Shown in pieces: positions 10,958 to 21,146 of a DNA stretch of 64,000 nt (positions are counted from its first letter, which is position 1; every line of letters begins with the position of its first letter). The notes under the pieces are model-generated. The model was given only the letters and a program-made list of their open reading frames with translations. It was not told the origin of the DNA and did not search any database. A program made the position numbers and the translations under genes. Source of the stretch: an uncultured archaeon (lineage in GTDB: Archaea > Thermoplasmatota > Penumbrarchaeia > JASLWR01); contig CAYFHS010000005.1 of assembly GCA_964342815.1 (NCBI GenBank), forward strand, positions 32,001 through 96,000, in the 5' to 3' direction.

Positions 10958-13564
10958 CTAATATATCACCTTGTCGGCTTCCCTTTCGAGAAGCTTCAGT
11001 TCTTGCTCTTGGAAGGTAGCTGGACTAAGGGGAATGAGAAGGGTTCCCTTGGCCATGGAGACCATATCTCCCGATGCCTGTAAGAGTTTTAGAATGGAAC
11101 TGAAAGTATTGTGCGTGATCAAGTATTCCACTCCATCCAGTAGTATAATTTTTTTAACTCCATTTTCTTTAAGATGTTTTCTGAAAGCAAAACGCAGTTT
11201 CTCGGTATCCGTGGGTCTCAGAGCGTGTTCCTCGGGCACGTTAGTGAGCCATAGATACGGTACGTTCCTGAGATCGTATTTCTGAATGATCTTGTTGGGA
11301 TATTCTCTGGTAATGTACATTCCGCTGTAACCACGATTGATCATCTGCTTAAAGATGTTGAAGGCTCTTGCTGGTGTGGATTCTTCAAAGAGATATATAT
11401 ATCCCTTACCTGCCTCTACGGTCATGGTATCTTTTTCAACATCCACTTTTTTGGGTTTTTTCTTCATCTCCTTCTTTTTCTCAGGATAGGACTCGAAATA
11501 GTCCGAGTAATAATCGCTGTATTTGTCATAGAGCATGAAATCCGTAGTAAGGCCCGCCGGATGGTATTCCGGGGCTTCCTTGTCTTCGGGCATCCAAACT
11601 GGAATTGCGATCTCGTCCTTATCTGACCAGTAGGGGGCGGGAACTTTAAGGATATTCGAGGGTTCCTTGATACGGTAACGCCCGTTCCTTCCGATCTTGA
11701 GAACGCTCTCGTCCACCGGTGGCGGTATTTTTTCTTCTTCCCATTTTACCCGGAGATCCATTTCATCCATGAACATGTAATTCAACAAAGCAAGGTTCAC
11801 CTCATTATGTGAATAGAGGGTCAATATGAGAAGGAAAATCCCCTTCTCAGTTGGGGATGGTTTGACTATGGCCTCAAGACCGTATTCGTAAGATGTACTC
11901 TTCGAAGTGAAGCGAAGTATGATTGATTGTTTATCACGACTCATTTCCAATGCCTTGAATCCTCTATCTTTAGATATTTCCTGGATTATTGGTATGAGGT
12001 GCTGTGGAAGAAGTGATGAAAATCTCTCTGAAACCAGTTTGGATTTTTTCTGGATGAATTTGTCCCAAGTGGTATCGCGTATATTCAGGGGCGACATCTT
12101 GGGCCATACGTTGCTTAAAGTGAATTTCTTCAGGTACAATTCCTTTTTTTCACCATTGGTGAAATAACTCATTTGACACTGTCCCGAAGACCGCCCCTCC
12201 TGTGAAGTAGGTATGAATCGTATTGCATAGGTTTTGGCAGTATTTTCCTTCAATATCTGCTGCTTGATGGGGCTTTTCCTGATGTTGAATATGGGTTCGT
12301 CCAACTCGGTCTCGATAACAAGGTCCTGAATGGGTGAGTCGGTGGCGTTTTCTACCTGGACAAGGAGAATTGCAACACCCTTTCTGGACGTCAGGTTTGA
12401 TTTTACTACAATTTTTTTCTCCACCGCGAAGGGTTGAAAATCCTTGATTTTCTCCGTTTTCTTCGACTTGGGAGTCTCTTCCATCCATTCGTCCTCGACC
12501 TGTTCGCTCACTTTTGCCAGTCCTACATCCTTTTGGGACTCGAATATTTTTTCCAGTGTGTCGATGAGCGTGAAACGAACGTCGCACTCCTTTTCTTCGT
12601 CCTCGACCAATACATCTTTCTCATTCAACGTACGAAATCCCTTCTCGGCCGTATCTATGTTCTGGTGTCTTCCGGCGGTATTTTTCGTCCAGAGAAGCTT
12701 TCCGTTCCGATCGAACATGAATAGATTGAACTTATCGGTCCCCACCAGAAGATATTCGCCCCAGTCATCAGAACAGATTGTAAGTATCCTCTCATTGATA
12801 TTTACGGCCCATTCGAAAGCGGAATTTGCATTTATACTAAGCACGGTCATGTTGTGGAGCGCAACTTTCACCCCCCTTCCGTGGTAGGTGAACTGCTTTA
12901 TCCCACCCAAAAACATAAGATCATAGTAACTTTCGTCTTCAGGATCGAAGATATGCAGTACTCCCTTCTTTCCCCCACAGGAATCCACGAATCCCGTAAA
13001 TCCTTTACTTATACTAATTTTATCGATCTTACCATTTAGGTCGATCTTTCCCTTCTTTACGAGTTTCCGGCCGACGGTGTCTATAATATAGACGTACCCT
13101 CTCTTCGTAACGGAGATTATCATGTGCTTATGAAAGAAAGCAAATACGGGATTCTTCCAAGCTTCCAGGCGCTGGGATGAAAGTTTGTTACCCTTACCGT
13201 CGTATAGGAGGATCTGGGAATCGGAAGTACCGGCCACACACATATCGGAAAATCTATTTACCGATAGAGATGAAATGCTGACATCCACCGTCTTGCTCCA
13301 AAGAAGCTTTCCCTCCATATTCAGGCACCCGATGGAATCGGCCCTCCTTTTTCCAATGCTGTAAACATATATTTTATTATACGCAGGTGAGACCGCTATC
13401 AGCCGAACCTGATCCTTTGTAGTCACTTCCCAGAGCACATCCCCAACTTTGTTTAAACACATCAAGCTCGGGTCGGGATAGCCAAGAGCCACATACGCTC
13501 TATTGAGTTCGCTATCGTATTTCACATACCATATTGCCCGGGGAGAAGTATTCGTCATGACCAC
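10958..13564 (-). CDS. Beta-propeller + adaptin-appendage-like region + C-terminal DUF835
   Basis: N-terminal G..LW beta repeats (PQQ/WD-like); C-terminal YITREYP..YLWLT..LRP..ILLDGVEYLI typical of DUF835; the middle region resembles an alpha-adaptin ear by eye. Confidence 0.7.
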   Translation of the reverse strand: MVMTNTSPRAIWYVKYDSELNRAYVALGYPDPSLMCLNKVGDVLWEVTTKDQVRLIAVSPAYNKIYVYSIGKRRADSIGCLNMEGKLLWSKTVDVSISSLSVNRFSDMCVAGTSDSQILLYDGKGNKLSSQRLEAWKNPVFAFFHKHMIISVTKRGYVYIIDTVGRKLVKKGKIDLNGKIDKISISKGFTGFVDSCGGKKGVLHIFDPEDESYYDLMFLGGIKQFTYHGRGVKVALHNMTVLSINANSAFEWAVNINERILTICSDDWGEYLLVGTDKFNLFMFDRNGKLLWTKNTAGRHQNIDTAEKGFRTLNEKDVLVEDEEKECDVRFTLIDTLEKIFESQKDVGLAKVSEQVEDEWMEETPKSKKTEKIKDFQPFAVEKKIVVKSNLTSRKGVAILLVQVENATDSPIQDLVIETELDEPIFNIRKSPIKQQILKENTAKTYAIRFIPTSQEGRSSGQCQMSYFTNGEKKELYLKKFTLSNVWPKMSPLNIRDTTWDKFIQKKSKLVSERFSSLLPQHLIPIIQEISKDRGFKALEMSRDKQSIILRFTSKSTSYEYGLEAIVKPSPTEKGIFLLILTLYSHNEVNLALLNYMFMDEMDLRVKWEEEKIPPPVDESVLKIGRNGRYRIKEPSNILKVPAPYWSDKDEIAIPVWMPEDKEAPEYHPAGLTTDFMLYDKYSDYYSDYFESYPEKKKEMKKKPKKVDVEKDTMTVEAGKGYIYLFEESTPARAFNIFKQMINRGYSGMYITREYPNKIIQKYDLRNVPYLWLTNVPEEHALRPTDTEKLRFAFRKHLKENGVKKIILLDGVEYLITHNTFSSILKLLQASGDMVSMAKGTLLIPLSPATFQEQELKLLEREADKVIY

Positions 13565-13926
13565 ACCATTACAATAATAATAAAGTTGAAAATGTCCATG
13601 GAATGAAATATTTTATATTTTTTTGTTCTTTTTTATCATTTTCAGCCAGTGATTCGGCTCAATTGTAATCGTCTTAACATATTTGAGATTTTTGCCATCC
13701 TTTTTCCCAATATATATAGATATATTAAAAATTTGTGTTAATGGGATATTTGGGGGGAAGGATACTATTATCAATCTGACTGGGCAATCCATGGTATCCC
13801 TGGGTAATTTTGTATATCATTCAAGCAAGAGTAATATATAAAAGGAGGAAATGATGTTAGGGATTATTCATTACACCGGTTTGTAAACGGAGCAGTATAA
13901 TTATAATGATACGGGAGGAAATCCTT

Positions 13927-15354
13927 ATGAAATTTGAACCGAAGGGTGTCAATCCGGCCCTGGTCACTCCTTTCCACACGGACGAGAGGATAAACGAGGA
14001 AGGGTTAAGAGCGCTCATCAGAAGCGTGATTCCACATGTGGACGGGATAGTACCCTGCGGTACCACAGGTGAGTTCGCATATCTATCAATAGCTGAGAGA
14101 AAACGGTTGTTCGAGATAGCATTGGACGAGGTGGGTGGAAGGGTTCCGGTTATCGCGGGAACGGGAGCATGTTCAACCCGACAAGCCGTGGAACTTACTA
14201 CCTTCGCTCATGATATCGGTGCTTCGGCTGCTCTGGTAGTTAGTCCGTATTATCTCACTCCATCCGATAAAGGATTCTTTCAACATTATAAAACGGTTGC
14301 AGACTCATGCCCGATACCGATATTGATGTACAATATACCACAGGTCACAGGTTCATTTATACCCAGCAGGGTCATTGAAGATATTTCCCATATACCAAAT
14401 ATCGTTGGCCTCAAGGATTCCTCCGGGGACCTGACGTATACCATGGAAATATTGGATCGTGTACAGGGCCGGATAAATGTAATGATCGGGCATGACGAGG
14501 TAGTCCTTCCAGCATTGGCAGGGGGCTGCAAGGGGATGATACTGGCAAGCGCCCAGGTCTTCCCGGATGTTTGGCAGCAAGTCTACAAAGCAGTTGGGAA
14601 CTCCGATCTTGTTACTGCGAGGAAACTGCAGATGAAAGTGCAAAAACTGGCAAGGATGTACTGTAGAATGGGAGGTTCGGTTCCCGTTAAGGCATCTCTG
14701 AGAATTATGGGAATACCTGTGGGCCGCGCAAGGAGACCGTTGATGGAAGGGGGTTCGATACTTCACGAAGATTTAGCCGAGATCAGGGTTGAACTTGAGA
14801 AATTGGGCAAGGTCCCCAGGGATCAAACGGATATTGGACTGTCCTCGCCTTCGATCGGGGATAGTTTGAGAGACTTTGGCCTCAGCGACGGGGATTTGGC
14901 CAGCAGGGAATATCCTTTTTCATGCGGATCCGTAGATGAGGGAGCTGAAAGTGTGGCGGTCCACATGGTTGCAGGAAACAAGGAGGGGAAACTAGGCCGA
15001 TTGTTCGCATATCAGCTTACATATCCAAAGCACGGTTATGAGGCATTGACCACGATACTCGAACCGAATTTGGCAGTACGTCCATCCACACTGATAATAC
15101 CCGGTGTGATACAGAAGAACCTGAGACAGGCGAATATGATATTCGGCCCGGTACAGTCCGCCTGCGCCCGAGCAATCGCGGACAGTGTCGAGGATGGGAT
15201 CATCCCGGCAAACAAGACGAAAAGCGTTGTGATGATCGCAAAGGTTTATTTGTCTCCAAATGCTTCCGCGAGAGAAATCATCTATCGGAACAGCTATTCT
15301 GTTTTCAAAACGGTACTGAAAGAAATTTTTTCCGAACGGGGGGGTGTTGATTAA
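13927..15354 (+). CDS. DapA/NAL-family class I aldolase fused to a C-terminal Fae-like (formaldehyde-activating enzyme) domain, copy A
   Basis: GTTGE, YNIP and LKDSSGD (Schiff-base Lys); C-terminal KHGYEAL..PNLAVRPSTL..RQANMIFGPVQ..DSVEDGIIP matches Fae. GGAGG at 13914-13918 supports a start at 13927 (track start 13906). Confidence 0.85.
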   Translation: MKFEPKGVNPALVTPFHTDERINEEGLRALIRSVIPHVDGIVPCGTTGEFAYLSIAERKRLFEIALDEVGGRVPVIAGTGACSTRQAVELTTFAHDIGASAALVVSPYYLTPSDKGFFQHYKTVADSCPIPILMYNIPQVTGSFIPSRVIEDISHIPNIVGLKDSSGDLTYTMEILDRVQGRINVMIGHDEVVLPALAGGCKGMILASAQVFPDVWQQVYKAVGNSDLVTARKLQMKVQKLARMYCRMGGSVPVKASLRIMGIPVGRARRPLMEGGSILHEDLAEIRVELEKLGKVPRDQTDIGLSSPSIGDSLRDFGLSDGDLASREYPFSCGSVDEGAESVAVHMVAGNKEGKLGRLFAYQLTYPKHGYEALTTILEPNLAVRPSTLIIPGVIQKNLRQANMIFGPVQSACARAIADSVEDGIIPANKTKSVVMIAKVYLSPNASAREIIYRNSYSVFKTVLKEIFSERGGVD

Positions 15355-16830
15355 ATGACGAGGACCACATGGTTGAAAGGCGTTTTTCCCGCGCTGGTCA
15401 CTCCATTCGACAAGAGGGAGAGAATCGATGAAGAGGCGTTCCGCTCCCTTATCAGACATCTATGGGCGGACGTGACCGGTTTCGTTCCCTGTGGGACCAC
15501 CGGGGAGTTCATGTACCTCTCCGAGAAGGAAAAAAGGAATTTGCTGGATATTGCCGTTGACGAGGTAGGTGGAAAAAAACCGGTGATCGCCGGAACCGGC
15601 TGTCCCAGCACAAGGGAGACTCTGGAATTGACCCGCTACGCAAAAGATATCGGAGCTACAGCTGCTCTGGTGGCATCCCCGTTCTACTTCAAGCCCAGCT
15701 TCAACGAACTTTACGAACACTTTGAGAGATTGAACGAACTGGACTTTCCGCTTATCATGTACAATATTCCTCAATGCACCGGTACTCATAAAAAATGGTG
15801 GACCGCCGAGGGGATCGCTATGCTGGACAATGTAATCGGAATAAAAGATTCCAGCGGTGATTTCCCCTTCCTCATGGCCTTGTTCGAGAAGGTACGGGAC
15901 AAGATATCTATAATGTGCGGACACGACGAGATAGGGATGCCGGCCCTGGCGGCCGGAGCCGACGGACTGATACTGGCCAGCGCGAACCTGATTCCGGATA
16001 TATGGCAGAAGATACGAGGATCGGTGTTGGAGGGGGATCTTGAGGCCGCCCGTTCACTTCAGGCGGGGATACAGAAATTGGTGAGGATAGTGGTCAGATG
16101 TGGAGCCAATCAGGCAGTAAAAGAAGGACTGGGAATGATGGATCTCCCCGTTGGCAGATCGAGGCTGCCTATTATGCCAGGAGGGGTTTTCAAGCGGGAG
16201 GACAGGGAAGAGCTGCGGATACAGTTGGAGAATCTTGGTAAAATTCCACAAAGAATGGTGGATTTCGACCTCGGTGACGGTGAACCGTTGCAAAGCCGGT
16301 ATCCACGGATTCCATCCACACCTGACACAATTGGCGATTTCACCATGAAGATCGGAGAGGGATTTGCTGGACCGCCCGTGTTCGAAGTAGCGCATATCGA
16401 CCTGCTTATAGGCTCAAAAGGTGGGCCGGTGACTTATGCCATCGAGGAGGTGATCAAAAGATATGAGGTGAACGAGAATGATCCTTCGAAGTTGATTATG
16501 GATCGTCCCCGCACTCTCCTTGTTCCCACTATCACGGTGAGGACGAAAAGGCAGGCGGGATATATCTATGGTGACGCATCCGAAGGTGTAGTTCTCGCTA
16601 TCGAAAAATCCATCGAGGACGGTGTGCTGCCTGATGGAATCCTAGATAGATTGGATATAATAGTCAATGTTTTCGTCCACCCGGCAGCCAGGAACCGGCA
16701 GAGAATAAAATTCAATAATTACAAAGCCATGCTCCATGCAGTGAAGAGAGCACTGGAAGAGCGGCCGACAATGGACGATATTATGTACGAAAAAGCGGCT
16801 GCAAGGCATCCGTTCAGGTACGAACCTTGA
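15355..16830 (+). CDS. DapA/NAL-family aldolase fused to a Fae-like domain, copy B
   Basis: GTTGE, YNIP and IKDSSGD; C-terminal IGEGFAG..EVAHIDLLIG..VFVHP..NY.A..HPF matches Fae. ATG immediately follows the TAA of copy A. Confidence 0.85.
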   Translation: MTRTTWLKGVFPALVTPFDKRERIDEEAFRSLIRHLWADVTGFVPCGTTGEFMYLSEKEKRNLLDIAVDEVGGKKPVIAGTGCPSTRETLELTRYAKDIGATAALVASPFYFKPSFNELYEHFERLNELDFPLIMYNIPQCTGTHKKWWTAEGIAMLDNVIGIKDSSGDFPFLMALFEKVRDKISIMCGHDEIGMPALAAGADGLILASANLIPDIWQKIRGSVLEGDLEAARSLQAGIQKLVRIVVRCGANQAVKEGLGMMDLPVGRSRLPIMPGGVFKREDREELRIQLENLGKIPQRMVDFDLGDGEPLQSRYPRIPSTPDTIGDFTMKIGEGFAGPPVFEVAHIDLLIGSKGGPVTYAIEEVIKRYEVNENDPSKLIMDRPRTLLVPTITVRTKRQAGYIYGDASEGVVLAIEKSIEDGVLPDGILDRLDIIVNVFVHPAARNRQRIKFNNYKAMLHAVKRALEERPTMDDIMYEKAAARHPFRYEP

Positions 16831-16890
16831 TATTTAGGATACTGGGGTACATTTAAAATTATAAACCGTATGAAGGTGAGGTGAGCGCCC

Positions 16891-17973
16891 ATGAAGATGC
16901 CCGTGAAGATTTTATTTATTCAAAATCAATTGTGTGCCCGAGGATGGAAGGAGGCGAAGGTCTTGACGGAAGCGGGTGTTGATATAGACCTTCTGGAGCT
17001 AGGGAAACCCTCCGAATTTATGGACTACAGCATATTCAAGGATAGTCACAATATACCTGTGGGGGCCGATATTGGCAGTATGATAAGGAATAGGAAACGG
17101 ATAAAAACCGAGATTCGTGATTTTGCCGCCGGGCGTGATTACGATATTGCACACGTCCACAACGAACCGGACAACCTGGGCGTATGGACCAAAAAGAACC
17201 TTCCTATACCGGTTGTGCATGACATTCACGATCTGGTTAGCTTGAAACCAATAACATGGGCCCGGGGCCCGAAAAAATGGTTTGTAAGGAGTCTTGTGAA
17301 CCGATGGGAGGGCTACGTTTGCAGGAAGGCCGATGGAATAATGTCAACTTCGTCACTTATGATCGAGCATATTTGGAAACGATACGGTACAAAGAATATC
17401 GGTTACGTTGAGAATAAACCACTAAAGGAGAAATTCGAACTCGCGGAAAAGATCGACGACGGGAAGGTCCATTTTGTTTACCCGGGCGGCATATCTCTTG
17501 ATCCTGGCGGCAGCAGATACCTTTGGTCGATGTTCGAATCGATCTGCGCCATGGGATTCAATGTTCACCTTTATCCCCCTGTATTCGAACCAGGTCGGCA
17601 GGAGATCATCCGTAAAAGATGCTCTGGCGTTTCGGGACTTCATTATCATCTTCCTGTTGCCCAGAACAAGGTGATCCGAGAGATAAGCAAGTACCATTAC
17701 GGGCTTGTCCTGTTCAGCAGTTTCACTAAGAACATATTGATGGCTACCTCGAACCGGGTCTACGAATACCAGATCGCTGGTATACCGGTAATAACAAATG
17801 ATATTGGTCATATCGGAGATTATGTAAAGAAGAAAAAATGCGGCGAGGTCATAGGGGACCCGGGTGAGATAAAGAAATTAATAAGCGGTGGCCGCGAATA
17901 CAATCTGGATACAAACGACTGTTTCATGGATGCAAAACCTATTCTCGATCTTTATTCTAAGATAATAGCGTGA
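16891..17973 (+). CDS. Glycosyltransferase, GT-B fold (family 4-like)
   Basis: HVHNEPD, VVHDIHDL, FVYPGGI and NRVYEYQIAGIPVI motifs; GAGGTGA SD upstream. Confidence 0.8.
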   Translation: MKMPVKILFIQNQLCARGWKEAKVLTEAGVDIDLLELGKPSEFMDYSIFKDSHNIPVGADIGSMIRNRKRIKTEIRDFAAGRDYDIAHVHNEPDNLGVWTKKNLPIPVVHDIHDLVSLKPITWARGPKKWFVRSLVNRWEGYVCRKADGIMSTSSLMIEHIWKRYGTKNIGYVENKPLKEKFELAEKIDDGKVHFVYPGGISLDPGGSRYLWSMFESICAMGFNVHLYPPVFEPGRQEIIRKRCSGVSGLHYHLPVAQNKVIREISKYHYGLVLFSSFTKNILMATSNRVYEYQIAGIPVITNDIGHIGDYVKKKKCGEVIGDPGEIKKLISGGREYNLDTNDCFMDAKPILDLYSKIIA

Positions 17974-18032
17974 AATGTACATGAAATCGGTAAATTTATG
18001 CAAAAACACCGACACCTTTATCAAAAACAGGT

Positions 18033-18878
18033 ATGTTCTTGATATTGATGCCGGAATCAACGAAAAAATCCTCCACAAACGAAAAGGGAAAAAATGTGGA
18101 GTTTCAGCACGTACAGTCTCGATGGAGCAGGGTGGCCCGAAGGGGAGTGCACCTTACGTCCTCAGCGTTGATCATTTATTTTTTCTTTCCTGAAATAGTA
18201 TTCGAGATCGGGGCATTCAAAATGCACCGCGCGCTTTTATTGGTACTATTATTTTTACTAATACCTTTCCAGATCGAGTTCTGGAGGTTGAAGATGGGGA
18301 AATCCTTCTTCATGCTTCGCGAACACGAGAAGAACTGTGTGGCGGCCTATATCTGGACTCTCTTGGGGGCCATGGGCCTCTGTCTTTTAACCGAGATCGG
18401 GTTGCCGGAATTCATTGCCATTCCCATTATGCTATGTGCATCTCTTGGAGACCCTTTCCTCGGTGAGACGCGAGTAATGGCAGTTTTCAGAAGGAGACAT
18501 TATTATTCACTGGCGGTTCTTCTTTGCGGAAGCCTTTTTTTCATATGGCTGGGAAATCCCTTCCTGGCTTTGATGGCCGGTTTTCTCACGGTGGTGGCGG
18601 AATCCCTGAATATCAAACTGAACTGGGGTCTCAGAAAGGAAATGCTGCACGATCTCGAGAACCGTAACTTCATTCTTCGAAAGATCAAGGCATTGAACCT
18701 TTATGATCGGTTATTCTACACCAATGATAATCTGTTGATGCAGTTGATACCTCTGTATTTCCTGGTAATACTTTATCTTGCTCTGCCCCAGTTTTTCCCA
18801 CCGGATTCCATGTTCTTCGGCGATTGGTGGGCGGACATAATATCAAAATACCAGTTCGATACGTTTTTTAGCATCTGA
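18033..18878 (+). CDS. Integral membrane protein, CTP-dependent polyprenol/dolichol/diacylglycerol kinase-like
   Basis: Multiple TM segments; RRGVH (RK..H-like), GDP and AES motifs. Confidence 0.5.
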   Translation: MFLILMPESTKKSSTNEKGKNVEFQHVQSRWSRVARRGVHLTSSALIIYFFFPEIVFEIGAFKMHRALLLVLLFLLIPFQIEFWRLKMGKSFFMLREHEKNCVAAYIWTLLGAMGLCLLTEIGLPEFIAIPIMLCASLGDPFLGETRVMAVFRRRHYYSLAVLLCGSLFFIWLGNPFLALMAGFLTVVAESLNIKLNWGLRKEMLHDLENRNFILRKIKALNLYDRLFYTNDNLLMQLIPLYFLVILYLALPQFFPPDSMFFGDWWADIISKYQFDTFFSI

Positions 18879-19062
18879 AATTGATGATATGGTCCTGGAA
18901 CCAACACGGACCGGGTGAATTCCTCGGGGCAGAAAAATAATATAGGAAAAGCATATTAGTACACTGTTTCCGCTGAAAAAAAATCAAATTTTTTCCATGT
19001 GATCGGGTAAAAAAGTAAAATAAAATTTAAAAAAATGACTAATAATCCAAAGGAGTAATACT

Positions 19063-20241
19063 ATGAAAGAACCCGTTATAATATCCGCCGTTAGAACAGC
19101 TCTGGGAAAGTTCAATGGAACCCTCAAGAACATGCCTGCGGTAAAACTTGGCAGCCTGGTAATCGGAGAGTCCGTAAAACGTGCTGGAATTTCGAAAAAT
19201 GATGTGGATGAAGTGATTATGGGAATGGTGCTGCAGGCAGGAGCCGGGCAGAACCCGGCACGCCAGGCAGCTCTAGGGGCCGGTATCCCGGAGAACAAAG
19301 GCTGCATGACCATCAACAAGGTGTGCGGTTCAGGTCTGAAATCCATTATGATCGCGGCCAATTCCATAAAGGCAGGAGAGCATGAGATCATCGTGGCAGG
19401 GGGGATGGAGAATATGGCTAAAGCGCCCTATTATCTGTACAAGGCAAGGGACGGTTACAGAATGGGGGATGGGAAGATCGTCGATGGAATGGTTTACGAC
19501 GGATTGTGGGAAGTTTACAACGATTTCCATATGGGTATTACAGGAGAGCGCATCGCTGAACATTACGATCTCACAAGGGAAGAGGTGGATGCTTTTGCCG
19601 TAAGAAGTCACCGTTTGGCAGCAGCGGCGGCGGAGGGAGGAAAGTTCGCCGAAGAGATAGTTCCCATCGAGATCCCACAGAGGAGAGGAGACCCGGTTAT
19701 CTTTGATAGTGACGAGGGGATACGGGCAGATTCCTCGGTGGAAAAGCTGGCTAGGTTAAGAGCGGTTTTTAAAAACGACGGTCTCGTAACAGCCGGGAAC
19801 GCCTCCCAGATATCGGATGGAGCTTCGGCCGTAGTGGTCACCAGCCGAGAAAAGGCCGTGGAGCTGGGAATTCCGATCCTGGCAAAGATCGTGGATTATC
19901 ACACCTCCGGCTGCGCGCCTGAAGACGTGATGGAGGCGCCAGTACCCACCATGAGGGAGATAATGGAAAGGAATAATCTAAGCATTGGGGACTTGGACCT
20001 CATCGAACACAACGAAGCCTTTGCATCGGCATCATTGGCCATACAGAAGGAGTTCGACATTCCCGAGGACAAGTTCAACGTACACGGCGGCGGCGTTGCT
20101 CTGGGTCACCCCATAGGAGCCAGTGGTGCAAGGGTGCTCACCACCCTGATATATGCCATGAAGGACCGAGGTGCCAAGCTGGGGCTTGCAACACTTTGCC
20201 TTGGCGGCGGTAATGCAGTGGCAATGATAATTGAAATGTGA
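19063..20241 (+). CDS. thlA: Acetyl-CoA acetyltransferase (canonical thiolase)
   Basis: NKVCGSG, NEAFA, GHPIGASG and LCLGGG catalytic motifs all present. Confidence 0.95.
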   Translation: MKEPVIISAVRTALGKFNGTLKNMPAVKLGSLVIGESVKRAGISKNDVDEVIMGMVLQAGAGQNPARQAALGAGIPENKGCMTINKVCGSGLKSIMIAANSIKAGEHEIIVAGGMENMAKAPYYLYKARDGYRMGDGKIVDGMVYDGLWEVYNDFHMGITGERIAEHYDLTREEVDAFAVRSHRLAAAAAEGGKFAEEIVPIEIPQRRGDPVIFDSDEGIRADSSVEKLARLRAVFKNDGLVTAGNASQISDGASAVVVTSREKAVELGIPILAKIVDYHTSGCAPEDVMEAPVPTMREIMERNNLSIGDLDLIEHNEAFASASLAIQKEFDIPEDKFNVHGGGVALGHPIGASGARVLTTLIYAMKDRGAKLGLATLCLGGGNAVAMIIEM

Positions 20242-20267
20242 TTTATTCGTAAAACGGAGGGAAAAAT

Positions 20268-21122
20268 ATGGCTATACAGAAGATTGGAGTGATAGGTGCC
20301 GGGACCATGGGTCACGGGATCGCGCTGGTATCCGCAAAAAGCGGTTACGACGTCATAATGAGAGATATCGAAGAAAGGTTTATTGAAAAGGGACTTGCCA
20401 ATGTCGAGAAATTCCTCAAGAGAAGCGTTGCTAAGGGTAGGATGAGCGAAGAAGAGATGACACTCGTCCTGGCAAGAATAAGTACAACGGTGCATATGGA
20501 AGACCTGCAGGACTGCGACCTCATTATTGAGGCGATAATCGAGAATGCCGATCTCAAGAAAAAGGTTTTTTCCGAACTGGATAGTTACTGTCCCCCGGAA
20601 ACCATATTTGCATCGAATACATCCACGATCCCCATCACGGAAATGGCATCGGCCACGGAACGCCCGGACAGGTTCATCGGAATGCATTTTATGAATCCCG
20701 TCCCCTTGATGAAGCTCATCGAGGTCATCAATGGTCTCAGAACCTCGAGAGAGACCACCGAAGTTATAATGTCGCTTGCCGGGGACCTCGGAAAGATTCC
20801 CATAGAGGTAAATGATTATCCGGGATTCGTTGCCAACAGGATACTTCTGCCCATGATCAATGAGGCTGCGTACTGTCTAATGGAAGGTGTTGCAACTAGA
20901 GAGGCAATCGACGGGGTGATGAAACTGGGGATGAACCATCCCATGGGCCCTTTGGCCCTGGCAGATCTTATCGGCCTTGACGTATGCCTTTTCATCATGG
21001 AAGTTCTATACGATGGCTTTTCCGATTCGAAGTACAGACCCTGCCCTCTGCTCAAGAAAATGGTCAATGCCGGTTTCCTGGGCAGAAAGTCCGGTCAGGG
21101 ATTTTACGACTACAGCAAGTGA
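20268..21122 (+). CDS. hbd: 3-hydroxybutyryl-CoA dehydrogenase
   Basis: GAGTMG, EAIIE, SNTS, HFMNPVP, PGFVANR and PMGP motifs. Confidence 0.95.
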   Translation: MAIQKIGVIGAGTMGHGIALVSAKSGYDVIMRDIEERFIEKGLANVEKFLKRSVAKGRMSEEEMTLVLARISTTVHMEDLQDCDLIIEAIIENADLKKKVFSELDSYCPPETIFASNTSTIPITEMASATERPDRFIGMHFMNPVPLMKLIEVINGLRTSRETTEVIMSLAGDLGKIPIEVNDYPGFVANRILLPMINEAAYCLMEGVATREAIDGVMKLGMNHPMGPLALADLIGLDVCLFIMEVLYDGFSDSKYRPCPLLKKMVNAGFLGRKSGQGFYDYSK

Positions 21123-21146
21123 TCTCACCACATGGAGGTTTATCTC

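Noticed and set aside
13927-16830. Plain dapA (lysine biosynthesis) annotation
   Set aside because: No other lysine-pathway genes are nearby, the genes are duplicated, and both carry Fae-like extensions; substrate left open.
17975-18193. 72-aa ORF
   Set aside because: Overlaps the better-supported membrane kinase-like gene in another frame.
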